Shown one piece after another: positions 17,923 through 26,462 of a stretch of DNA of 42,057 bases. The stretch comes from a bacterium (GTDB taxonomy: Bacteria > SZUA-182 > DTGQ01 > JAFGSM01). The notes below the pieces were generated by a model. That model saw only the letters and a list, made by a program, of their open reading frames with translations. It was not told where the DNA came from and did not search any database. Numbering within the stretch: the stretch's first letter is position 1; each line of letters opens with the position of its first letter. A program made the translations under genes and the position numbers. Where the stretch lies: assembly GCA_049472315.1 (NCBI GenBank), contig JBLIRN010000027.1:1-42057 (forward strand), in the 5' to 3' direction.

Positions 17923-18903
17923 ATGAAAAGGGCAACATTATTTCTTATGTGTCTCCCCTTGATATTGATGATTATCGGTTGTGGCGGCGGAGAAGGTGGC
18001 GGCGAAGAAGACGATAGTGGCGGCGGATGGGTGACCATTGAAGATCCGACAACGGAACCGGCGACCTCCACTCATTGTGACTCCATATATATCGCTGGGG
18101 AAGCCTTTATCAGTCCGACGTGGTACAGGTGTTGCTCAGGCTCGGCTGAAGATACCGGCGTAACGGTTACATGGAGAAACATAACATCCGGTGAGAGTGG
18201 AAACGCTGATCAAGACGTTGATATCTGTTATTTTTTTGGTTCACCCTATTTATGCAATCACAGATGGGGTGCAACCGTACCTCTCATATTAGGAGAAAAT
18301 CACATTACCGTCACCGCCTCAGACCCCTCCGGCGTGTCAGGACAGGGTTCGATTACCGTGTCGAAGCCTGTGGCGTCTTTTTCCATTCATGGGAGAGTGA
18401 CCAACACATTGGATATCGGCCTCTGGAACAGTGGTATTTCCGGATTTACATTGACACTGACGGGAACGGACCAGAATACCTCTGTTTTTACAGATAGATA
18501 CGGAGATTATACCTTTTCATGCATTCAAAACGGTTCTTACACAATTACGCCTTCATCGACGATAAACTTCACCTTTAAACCCACAAATATGTCAGTAACC
18601 GTCAGTAATGCGGATGTGACGAGCCAGGATTTTGTGACTGAGGCCTATTTTATTTCAGGAACGGTTACCAACACAAGCGGCATAGGTATTTCAGGCGTTC
18701 ACGTCAGTCTTGCCGGCACAAATGCATCAGCAACCTGTTTTACAGACCAACATGCATACTACGTCTTTGCAGCCCCGAATGGTTCATATGCCATTACGCC
18801 CTCTGACTGTGACTGGTTGGGCTGCTATTCCTTTGCGCCTGCAACCAGAGATGTTACCGTCGACAATGCAGACGTTACGGGACAGGATTTTGTAAGGCAG
18901 TGA
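17923..18903 (+). CDS. Lipoprotein with an Ig-like domain and two tandem carboxypeptidase-regulatory-like beta-sandwich repeats
   Basis: GGAGG RBS. Lipobox IIG|C then a Gly/acidic linker. Two repeats of I.G.VTNT...G.SG....L.GT......TD....Y.F....NGSY.ITPS.....F.P....VTV.NADVT.QDFV. Confidence 0.82.
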   Translation: MKRATLFLMCLPLILMIIGCGGGEGGGEEDDSGGGWVTIEDPTTEPATSTHCDSIYIAGEAFISPTWYRCCSGSAEDTGVTVTWRNITSGESGNADQDVDICYFFGSPYLCNHRWGATVPLILGENHITVTASDPSGVSGQGSITVSKPVASFSIHGRVTNTLDIGLWNSGISGFTLTLTGTDQNTSVFTDRYGDYTFSCIQNGSYTITPSSTINFTFKPTNMSVTVSNADVTSQDFVTEAYFISGTVTNTSGIGISGVHVSLAGTNASATCFTDQHAYYVFAAPNGSYAITPSDCDWLGCYSFAPATRDVTVDNADVTGQDFVRQ

Positions 18904-19009
18904 TGATGTTTGAACTCCACGCCCCCTATGATACAGCCGATAGGAGGCATGATGATGCTCCCATCTTCCGGAATGCCCCCTCGGGTTTTATGGTCTCCTT
19001 GCCGCTATG

Positions 19010-19591
19010 CTAATAGATAAAGGGGTACGATGTGACATACGAGACAGCGTAGGGATTCAACGCATAATACGTAAGGAGTTGCTGGACATCAACATAATTG
19101 TAATACGGATAACTAACCGCCAGCCCGGCATATGTGCTCACACTGTCAAGGCCGAATGGCCCGAACGCCCCCGGCAGGGTGCTGCCCAATGGAGATACTC
19201 CAAAGTAGAGGTTCAGGTAATCAAGGTATAACGGCCAGGAGGTTGTTAAATAGAGCTGCGGATCAACCAGGCCGGGATAGCCGGAATATACCCCGGGCAC
19301 GGCATAGGATATCGCGGCGAGAGAGGTCGCCGGAACTTGTGCGCCTGCCGGCCAGACAAATGAATCGAAGGCGGTTATTGTATCGCCGACATAGGGATAG
19401 ATAGGGGGCAGGCTCCCAAGGCCTATCGGCGCATATGCAGTTCCCGCAAACAAGGTGTTGAATGCAGCGATAGGAGGCACGCCATATGCGGAGGGCCAAA
19501 TGATCTGGGCAGTACATATCCCTATAGAAAAGAGAGTCAATACAGAGATAACAACAGCAAAAATTATAGTGTTACGATATCCATTATTCAT
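19010..19591 (-). CDS. Secreted Tyr/Pro/Gly/Ala-rich low-complexity protein
   Basis: GGAGG RBS. Signal peptide ending CTA|Q. Mature region has no Lys/Arg and is rich in Y, P, G, A, S. Confidence 0.8.
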   Translation of the reverse strand: MNNGYRNTIIFAVVISVLTLFSIGICTAQIIWPSAYGVPPIAAFNTLFAGTAYAPIGLGSLPPIYPYVGDTITAFDSFVWPAGAQVPATSLAAISYAVPGVYSGYPGLVDPQLYLTTSWPLYLDYLNLYFGVSPLGSTLPGAFGPFGLDSVSTYAGLAVSYPYYNYVDVQQLLTYYALNPYAVSYVTSYPFIY

Positions 19592-19705
19592 CGCAATGTC
19601 CTCCCTTTAAAATTGATGGTCCTGTAACGAGTCCGAATCGCCGGTAATTATCCAGTATGGAATACAAAGTCAATGTCTGATAGGAATCCGCCTTATCTAA
19701 ATAAA

Positions 19706-19734
19706 AGTATAGATAGGGGTTCTATTGTTGTCAA
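19706..19734 (-). promoter_or_regulatory. Candidate sigma-70 promoter for the Tyr/Pro-rich secreted protein gene
   Basis: Minus strand TTGACA-17 nt-TATACT, about 115 nt upstream of ATG 19591. Confidence 0.65.
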
Positions 19735-19786
19735 GATAAGGATTAAGGGGAGACATACTGGAATATAAAGAGAGGGATGATAGAGC

Positions 19787-20950
19787 CTATCTTCTTTGAC
19801 GCCTTTTGTTTTTTTGTACAATCGCTTTTATAAAAATGTCCACGAGTTGGGGGCTGAAGTCATTGCCTCGCGCACTTTGCAGGATGTTGACAACCTCTTT
19901 TTGCGGCCTTCCCTTCCGGTACGGACGGGTGCTTCGTAATGCATCGAACACGTCCGAGATGGCGATCATCTGGCTTACGATGTTTGGTTTATAGCTGCTC
20001 CGGACACGCGGGTATCCCTGTCCGTTGAACTTGATGTGATGTTCCAGGGCACCCAGCACGGCGATATTTGGAATATCCTTTAATTCCATGATGTAGCTGG
20101 CACCTTTCACTGCATGGCTCTTTATGATCTCCCGTTCCTTCCGGGTAAGCTCGCCCGGCTTATTGAGAATTTCGTCAGGAATAAAGAGCTTGCCGATATC
20201 ATGGAGGGACGAGGCAACACCGATATGATGCAAAAGATCCCCTTCAAATCCCATGGCCTCCGCTTGAGACATGGTGAGCACGCATACATTGATACCATGG
20301 GTAAAGGTATATTCATCCATCGATTTAAGAGAGGTCAACAGGCTGATCGGACCCATGCCTTCTCGAATACCCTTGATGAATCCCTTGACAATGACATCTA
20401 TCCCGTGGACGTCGACCTTTTTCTTCTTCTTCATCGAGGTATACAGCTCTTTCAGTATATTCAGATTGGCATCCTTGAGATCGATCGATATCTCGAGGTC
20501 TTCTCCATAGGTGTTGGATAAGGAGACATCTGTATCTTCTTCCCGATCAACCCTGAGTTCCACCTTGCCGAGCTTTATATGGGTACTGGTTTGTAATGGG
20601 GAGGCACCGGATGCTCCCAGGTTCTGGATCAAATCCTGAAGGTCCTTCCTGGGTAACCCTTCCATAAAGGTGATTCGCTCGATCCCACTTTCCTGCATAA
20701 TACGGACAAATTTATCAAACACCTGTCCATTGGACGAAATGGGCCTTTTATCCACAACCAGATCGTCATCGATCAAAAATACCGTAATCTCCGGCCTGTG
20801 ACGCAAAATCTCGGAAAGATCGTTATATGCCCTGTCAATGCATTGGGTGACCTGAGGATGGCTGATGGCGTACAGGTGGGAATTGGTTACAGCGGCAGTA
20901 AGGTGGGTGATGACCCGGAAAAAATCCTGATGATCACCAGACCTTAACAT
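19787..20950 (-). CDS. HD-GYP domain protein (putative c-di-GMP phosphodiesterase)
   Basis: YTFTHGINV, LHDIGK, ILNKPG.LT, HH...NGQGYP, DVFDALRSTRPYR. ATG 20950 overlaps the upstream stop (track start 21001). Confidence 0.9.
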   Translation of the reverse strand: MLRSGDHQDFFRVITHLTAAVTNSHLYAISHPQVTQCIDRAYNDLSEILRHRPEITVFLIDDDLVVDKRPISSNGQVFDKFVRIMQESGIERITFMEGLPRKDLQDLIQNLGASGASPLQTSTHIKLGKVELRVDREEDTDVSLSNTYGEDLEISIDLKDANLNILKELYTSMKKKKKVDVHGIDVIVKGFIKGIREGMGPISLLTSLKSMDEYTFTHGINVCVLTMSQAEAMGFEGDLLHHIGVASSLHDIGKLFIPDEILNKPGELTRKEREIIKSHAVKGASYIMELKDIPNIAVLGALEHHIKFNGQGYPRVRSSYKPNIVSQMIAISDVFDALRSTRPYRKGRPQKEVVNILQSARGNDFSPQLVDIFIKAIVQKNKRRQRR

Positions 20951-23199
20951 AGCCCACCCTTCTTGGCAGGTCTCTGATTTTTTTTCACCAGTTTTTTGCA
21001 TGCGTTGTGAATCGTTTCATCCGGGAGGCGGCTACCGATAGCGACCAGATTTAATATGACTTCGAACGGATAATGATCCAGGGATTCAAACAGCACCCGC
21101 TTCATATGTAAAAGGCATTTCGGATAAAGCGTCCATGAAGCCTTTGCGAGCTTTTCCAGCATCGGTATCGCGGCAGGATCAACGATTTTCCCCAAGGAAG
21201 TGATAATCTTTTCATTCATCTCGTAGTCGGTTTTAAAGAAGGCCATCCGCCTGATCTTCGCTATAAGGTCCTGAGTCACGTCGGTGATCCGGTAACTTCC
21301 CGCCAGGGCTATTGCCTGACAGCGCTCTTCGTGCTCCTTGGACTGGAGCGATTTACGAAGCAGAATGGTGGCCCATGGGTCCTTCAAGCGAACCAGGGCT
21401 CCAAGGGCGTCCAATCTCACGTCCTGGTCGTGATGATGAAGAAGTCGCTTCAAATATGCGACATCCGTCTGACCGTCCAAGCGGCTGGTTAGCCTCAAAA
21501 GATTCCTCACGATTTGTATATCGGGAAGTTTGAGTCTCTTCTTAACCAGGTTAACGGTACGGTGTTTGAAATGGTACAACAGGTTAAAAAGGATATCCTC
21601 TTCTTCCTGATCGTCCTTCGCCATATAATGATCAAGAACCGTGGGAATGGTGCGTGGCCCCAGTGCCACCAAAAAATTGAGGGCATCCCTCCCTTTCCGT
21701 TTTGAAGATGTCTCAATCGCATGCACAACCTTGGTGATGAACTGGGTGTCCTGGAAACTCGTCAGGGCCTTTTCAGCCAATGTCTTAACGCCCTGGCTTC
21801 TCTTTGTAAATCGATGTTTCGACAGTGTCTTGAAGGTAGTCAAGAGGAATCTGAATTCTCTCCTTTCAAGAAGGATGTCCAGGGTGGAAATCAGCCTGTT
21901 GAGGAAGATATTGTAATCATCCTCGTCCATCTTCCTGTTCATATAGGCTTGAAGCACGCGGGCTATCTGGATATCAATATGGTCCTTATCCATGGTCGGC
22001 ATGAGTTCTTCAAGCGGAAACGGGGCTTCATCTCTTGGCAGGTCGACTTCCGGAGACTCGGTCAAGTTTTGGAGCATTGCCCCATAATTCGAACCAACAA
22101 AATTCTCAACCTGCTCGCGCTTAAAGAGCTCTTGAAATTGTTGCCTTGACATCTGGGCGGAGTGCCTTTTGGAGGAATAATCCGATTGTGCGTCATCATC
22201 CCGGACATTAGAGATTTTTTGAACGAACCTCAACAGGGATGGTGAGATCTCCCTTCCCTCCCTGTTGGCCTGACTTATCATTTCAATAACCATATCATCC
22301 GGAAAAGACACCAGGGAATCATGGGTGCCTTTTGACGAGCATTGATTAAATGTGGCCGATAAAAACTGCTGTTTGAGCTCCGGGTTCAGTTGTTTTATAA
22401 GGGTATTGAATTTTTCGAGAATGGGAGATTTTTCACCGATTCCTTCCTTATTGAGCGTTGCTTCTTGAACCTGATCGGATAGAATCCTTTGATAACTCTT
22501 GATCGCCGTATGTGGATCCAATTTTTGATCATTCATGAGCTGGGCGAGTTTTGCGGGATCCATCTGTGCGGGGTCTCTGATATCCAGCCCGATCTCGGCC
22601 GCCATGGTTGTCCCGGACAAAAGATTTGCAGCGAAATCCTGCCATACATCCTTTTCCTTGACCATTTGGGGCCGGACGATCTCCGCTTCCTCGGTGAATT
22701 GAAATTTGCCGAAATCAATACACTGCACCTTGATATGGAAAATGTGGGCATCGGTTATGGCCTTTTCCAGGCCCCCTGCACCTCGTATGTCCTCGGGTTT
22801 GGTCGAGAGCAGGCTCAGGAACTCAAGGAGTTCGCTCTTGCCCAAGCCCTGTGAAAAGGTAATAGATGCGATATCATATTGACTCAATGTCAGGGCAAAT
22901 TCCCTATGTCCGGGATTTTTGGGATCGAGACATTCCTGATCAACAAGCAGGGAATCCTTTACAATCCCGAATGTTATTTCCGGCATTATGTCAAGTATCC
23001 CCCTCATCCTGCCATATGTCTGATCGGCGCTGATGTTCACTATATTGTGCCCTTGTGGATACATCAGGATATTCTTTCTCAGGATATTGAGATCAATGAC
23101 CAATCTGGCCATGCGCTTATTGTCGATTCTCATCCCCTTATTGATCCGCGGCGATTCCGATGAAGCGCTATGTTTTTTGTCCTGCAAATCGATCTTCAT
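20944..23199 (-). CDS. Large HEAT-repeat-containing protein
   Basis: 751-aa ORF. N-terminal MYPQGH motif parallels the LYAISHP N-terminus of the partner HD-GYP protein. C-terminal HEAT-like repeats (VRNLLRL, LHHHDQDVRLDALGAL, LGKIVDPAAIPML). Confidence 0.8.
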   Translation of the reverse strand: MKIDLQDKKHSASSESPRINKGMRIDNKRMARLVIDLNILRKNILMYPQGHNIVNISADQTYGRMRGILDIMPEITFGIVKDSLLVDQECLDPKNPGHREFALTLSQYDIASITFSQGLGKSELLEFLSLLSTKPEDIRGAGGLEKAITDAHIFHIKVQCIDFGKFQFTEEAEIVRPQMVKEKDVWQDFAANLLSGTTMAAEIGLDIRDPAQMDPAKLAQLMNDQKLDPHTAIKSYQRILSDQVQEATLNKEGIGEKSPILEKFNTLIKQLNPELKQQFLSATFNQCSSKGTHDSLVSFPDDMVIEMISQANREGREISPSLLRFVQKISNVRDDDAQSDYSSKRHSAQMSRQQFQELFKREQVENFVGSNYGAMLQNLTESPEVDLPRDEAPFPLEELMPTMDKDHIDIQIARVLQAYMNRKMDEDDYNIFLNRLISTLDILLERREFRFLLTTFKTLSKHRFTKRSQGVKTLAEKALTSFQDTQFITKVVHAIETSSKRKGRDALNFLVALGPRTIPTVLDHYMAKDDQEEEDILFNLLYHFKHRTVNLVKKRLKLPDIQIVRNLLRLTSRLDGQTDVAYLKRLLHHHDQDVRLDALGALVRLKDPWATILLRKSLQSKEHEERCQAIALAGSYRITDVTQDLIAKIRRMAFFKTDYEMNEKIITSLGKIVDPAAIPMLEKLAKASWTLYPKCLLHMKRVLFESLDHYPFEVILNLVAIGSRLPDETIHNACKKLVKKNQRPAKKGGLC

Positions 23200-23495
23200 T
23201 CGGTTCCCACCGGCGATAATTGTATTAGTAACATTAATATATCAGAGTGTTTTACAACCGTGGCAATATTTCTACTATATATATCGTCTTTTCATCATGT
23301 TGCAACCATGATTCGATGCGATTTCTCCCTCATACGATAAACCACAAAAAATATTCCCTGTACCAAAGGTAAGGAAATGAAGCTGCTCAGTGCATTATCG
23401 AACAATGAAAAGGAGGGATGATGATCGGTTGTGAAAGGTGCATCGCTTGTTCGAGCCCAAGGTGAGGACTTAGGTACGCCCTTCCGGGCGCACAC

Positions 23496-23528
23496 AAAAA
23501 AAAGACCCGCATGGAACCATGCGGGTCT
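23496..23528 (-). terminator. Rho-independent terminator of the Gly/Tyr/Leu/Met-rich gene
   Basis: Inverted repeat AGACCCGCATGG..CCATGCGGGTCT followed on the minus strand by a T-tract, about 30 nt after the stop at 23561. Confidence 0.85.
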
Positions 23529-23560
23529 GTATATTTTTTCTTTTTATTGAATAGGTCGCC

Positions 23561-24301
23561 TTAGATGAGACCGGTGAGCCCCAGGCCACCGCCGAGTCCA
23601 AGACCCAAGCCGCCAAGTCCGCCCAACATCAAAGAGGGAGACATAAGGCCGCCAATACCCATGAGACCGCCGCCTAAGCCAAGGCCACCGAGGCCCATGA
23701 GACCGCCGCCCAAGCCAAGGCCACCGAGGCCCATGAGACCGCCGCCCAAGCCAAGGCCGCCGAGGCCCATAAGACCGCCGCCCAAGCCAAGGCCACCGAG
23801 GCCCATAAGACCGCCGCCTAAGCCGAGACCACCGAGGCCCATGAGACCGCCGCCCAAGCCGAGACCGGACATGCCGTAACCGCCGAGGCCCATGAGACCG
23901 CCGCCCAAGCCGAGACCGGACATCGTGTAGGGAGTCATTGACGTGGTACCGTATCCATATTGGGAACCCAAGCCATACATGCCGCCATACATGCCGCCAT
24001 ACATGCTCCCGTAACCGGAGCCGTACATGCCGTAGCCACTGCCGTACATACCGTAGCCGCTCCCATAGCCGGAGCCGTACATGCCGTAGCCGCTGCCGTA
24101 CATACCGTAGCCGCTCCCATAGCCGGAGCCGTACATGCCGTAGCCGCCATAACCGTATGAACTGGGATAGTAACTGCCTGTATATTGGGCGTAAGTAAGA
24201 TTGGATGACACCAGTAAGAGCGCCACAAGAAGGATCGAAACGAACAATACCATCTTAACCGATGCTTTATACATACTATTCATTAACCTTTCTGAAGTCA
24301 T
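23561..24301 (-). CDS. Secreted Gly/Tyr/Met/Leu repeat protein
   Basis: Signal peptide ending NLTYA|Q. Mature part has no D/E/K/R and consists of GYGMYGS repeats then [12 protein letters not shown] repeats. Own terminator. Start is uncertain (24301, 24283, 24274 or 24253). Confidence 0.85.
   Translation of the reverse strand: MTSERLMNSMYKASVKMVLFVSILLVALLLVSSNLTYAQYTGSYYPSSYGYGGYGMYGSGYGSGYGMYGSGYGMYGSGYGSGYGMYGSGYGMYGSGYGSMYGGMYGGMYGLGSQYGYGTTSMTPYTMSGLGLGGGLMGLGGYGMSGLGLGGGLMGLGGLGLGGGLMGLGGLGLGGGLMGLGGLGLGGGLMGLGGLGLGGGLMGLGGLGLGGGLMGIGGLMSPSLMLGGLGGLGLGLGGGLGLTGLI
23651..23917 (-). repeat. Coding tandem repeat, 36-bp unit ([12 protein letters not shown])
   Basis: Six contiguous copies at 23651-23866 plus one at 23882-23917. 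Copies differ mostly at synonymous positions in the minus-strand frame. Confidence 0.9.
24005..24145 (-). repeat. Coding tandem repeat, alternating 33/21-bp units ([11 protein letters not shown] / GYGMYGS)
   Basis: 11+7+11+7+11 residue pattern read directly from the translation. Confidence 0.88.
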
Positions 24302-24487
24302 CAAAAAAGATTTTGAAATACTTTCTCAACATCTTCAATTTCCACATATTTTCGAGCGTTAATGATTCAGATTGTATTCACCTATAAGCTTATATAAATC
24401 ACCACCCATCCTCCTGTTCATAATCTTTAGCCACTATTCAAATAGTCTTCAAATAGACGCCCCTTTTCTGTTTTCTTTACGCTTTCA

Positions 24488-24880
24488 TTAAATGTCATCG
24501 ATAATGCGATCTAATTCTTCAAATAAATTACTATTTTTGTCAAGGCACGTAAATACTCCAAATTCCAATGCCTTCGCCATGTTGATGTCATCAAGAAAAG
24601 AGGAAACAATAATGATCTTCTTGGTGGGATACAACTTTTTGATGATTTTCAGGAAATCAATGCCGGTAGCGTCTTTAAGCCGCATGTCGAGCAGGATGAG
24701 ATCATATTCCCTGACGTCGATACCATCTTGAAACTCGGAAAAAGAACTGCAGATCGAAACATCGTAGCTTTTTTGTAACAAATGATACTTCATTGCGTTA
24801 CAAAAAATTGAATTATCATCGATAATCAAAATCTTATTAACCACTGAACGATAAACCTGCTTTCGAATACTCACTGGCAA
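24488..24880 (-). CDS. Single-domain response regulator (receiver)
   Basis: KILIIDDN, YDLILLDMRLKDATGIDFL, IIIVSS, LDK. Start uncertain (TTG or a downstream GTG). Confidence 0.85.
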   Translation of the reverse strand: MPVSIRKQVYRSVVNKILIIDDNSIFCNAMKYHLLQKSYDVSICSSFSEFQDGIDVREYDLILLDMRLKDATGIDFLKIIKKLYPTKKIIIVSSFLDDINMAKALEFGVFTCLDKNSNLFEELDRIIDDI

Positions 24881-24919
24881 AGATCATTAACCTCACGCAC
24901 ACATTATGGCCCTTGTTAG

Positions 24920-24935
24920 AGCATTTGTCATGCCA
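24920..24935 (-). promoter_or_regulatory. Sigma-54 (-24/-12) promoter
   Basis: Minus strand TGGCATGACAAATGCT, i.e. GG-N10-GC (consensus TGGCACG-N4-TTGCW). Sits directly downstream of a sigma-54 activator gene and points at the receiver gene. Confidence 0.72.
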
Positions 24936-24952
24936 TATATAAAACCCTTTTC

Positions 24953-25013
24953 TTTCAACAAATTAGACAGATTGTCTCATATCAATGTTCCAAAATGAGA
25001 CGCTCAAAATGAC
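24953..25013. promoter_or_regulatory. Putative IHF site and upstream activator sequence for the sigma-54 promoter
   Basis: TTTCAACAAATTA (24953-24965) is one mismatch from WATCAANNNNTTR. Inverted repeat GTCTCAT (24974-24980)...ATGAGAC (24995-25001), plus a direct repeat CAAAATGA twice. Confidence 0.5.
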
Positions 25014-25065
25014 ATGGAATCCTGAAATGGGACGCCAGGGACACAAAGAGGAGAGTCGAGAGACC

Positions 25066-26454
25066 TCAATGCTTGTCCAGGAGGGCAAGCTTTCTGAAAA
25101 GTGTTGACCTGCCGATTCCGAGCAACTTGGCAGCCATATTCTTGTTTCCGCCCGCCCTGGAGAGGGCCTCGCGTATGTGGCGTTCCTCCACCTCGGACAG
25201 GGTGGGAAACACCCTTTCCGAACCGGATTCTTCGCTGGCCTGCGCCCCCCTCGGGGTAATCGGTTCTGCAAAGTATGAATTCCCGCGAGGGAAGTGGAGG
25301 GATGAGGGGGTGATGCAATCCTGCTCCTCCATGATCATTGCCCGTTCAATGATATTCTTCAACTCCCTCACATTCCCCGGGTAGTTATACTGCTCGAGGA
25401 GCACCCTGGAATCCTGGCGCAAGCCGGTGATGTGCTTAGTGAACTCATGATTGAATCGCTCAATGAATTGGCCGGCCAGGGGGAGGATGTCCTCCCTCCG
25501 TTCCCGCAAAGGCGGCAGGGTTATGGGAAATACGTTGAGGCGGTAGAAGAGGTCCTCCCTGAATGAAAGGGAGGCGATCATCTTTCTCAGGTCCCGGTTG
25601 GTTGCAGCAATGACCCGCAGGTCAACCTTGAGGTCCACCGTTCCGCCGATCCTTCTGAAGGTCCTCTGCTCGAGAAACCTGAGCAGCTTGGCCTGGATCG
25701 AAAGATCGAGGGTGGCAATCTCGTCCAGAAACAGGGTTCCGCAGTCGGTCAGCTCGAGAAGCCCTCTTTTCTGTGTCTTTGCATCGGTGAAGGCGCCCTT
25801 TTCGAACCCGAACAGCTCGCTTTCCAGCAGGGCTGTGGGCAGTGCAGAACAACTGATGTCTACAAATGGCTTTTCAGCGCGAGGACTCAATCGATGGATG
25901 GTACGGGCGACCAGTTCCTTGCCGGTGCCGCTTTCCCCCACAATGAGCACGGTGGTGTTTTCCAGCCTGGACACCCTACGTATCATATGGTACACGTGTT
26001 TCATTGCCCGGCTTTCGAAAACGGTGAGGCGCTCATCCTCGAATCGCCGCTGAAGCTGCTTTTTGAGCAGCACGTTCTCGGTGGCAAGATTGTACGTCCT
26101 GAGTGCCTTTTTAACGGCTACCTTCAGTTCCTCGACATCGGCGGATTTGATCAGATAGTCATCGGCACCCTGTCGTATCGCTCGAATTGCATCGTGGATA
26201 TCCTGTGAGGCGGTCAGAATGCTGATCTGGATATCGGGATGTTCCCTCCTGATATGTTCCATGGTCTGAAATCCGTCCATCCCCGGAAGGGAAAGATCGA
26301 GTAGAACGAGATCGAAGGGTTCCTCCTTGAAACGGCGCAGGGCGTCTTCTCCGCTATACACGCACGAACACAAAAAACCCTCCGATTCCAGGGTTCGGCA
26401 AATACTCTTGGAGATCAGGCGATCATCATCAACGATCAGAATGCGAAACGACAT
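25066..26454 (-). CDS. Sigma-54-dependent response regulator (NtrC/AtoC family: REC, AAA+, Fis HTH)
   Basis: ILIVDDD, LLDLSLPGMDG, GESGTGKE, ESELFGFEKGAFTDA, LFLDEI, FREDLFYRLNV, YPGNVRELKN, AAKLLGIGRSTLFRKL. Confidence 0.96.
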   Translation of the reverse strand: MSFRILIVDDDRLISKSICRTLESEGFLCSCVYSGEDALRRFKEEPFDLVLLDLSLPGMDGFQTMEHIRREHPDIQISILTASQDIHDAIRAIRQGADDYLIKSADVEELKVAVKKALRTYNLATENVLLKKQLQRRFEDERLTVFESRAMKHVYHMIRRVSRLENTTVLIVGESGTGKELVARTIHRLSPRAEKPFVDISCSALPTALLESELFGFEKGAFTDAKTQKRGLLELTDCGTLFLDEIATLDLSIQAKLLRFLEQRTFRRIGGTVDLKVDLRVIAATNRDLRKMIASLSFREDLFYRLNVFPITLPPLRERREDILPLAGQFIERFNHEFTKHITGLRQDSRVLLEQYNYPGNVRELKNIIERAMIMEEQDCITPSSLHFPRGNSYFAEPITPRGAQASEESGSERVFPTLSEVEERHIREALSRAGGNKNMAAKLLGIGRSTLFRKLALLDKH

Positions 26455-26462
26455 GAATACCC

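Noticed and set aside
23565..23879. Pro/Arg-rich ORF (RPPPKPRPP)n on the plus strand
   Set aside because: Antisense shadow of the Gly-rich gene. The minus frame has the signal peptide, terminator and synonymous-site variation.
23561..23917. GLGLG repeats resembling magnetosome Mms6/MamD proteins
   Set aside because: No acidic C-terminal iron-binding tail and no mam/mms/feo genes in the window. The similarity is only low-complexity.
23651..24145. 36-bp periodic repeats as a possible CRISPR array
   Set aside because: Units are contiguous with no unique spacers, are in-frame coding repeats, and no cas genes are present.
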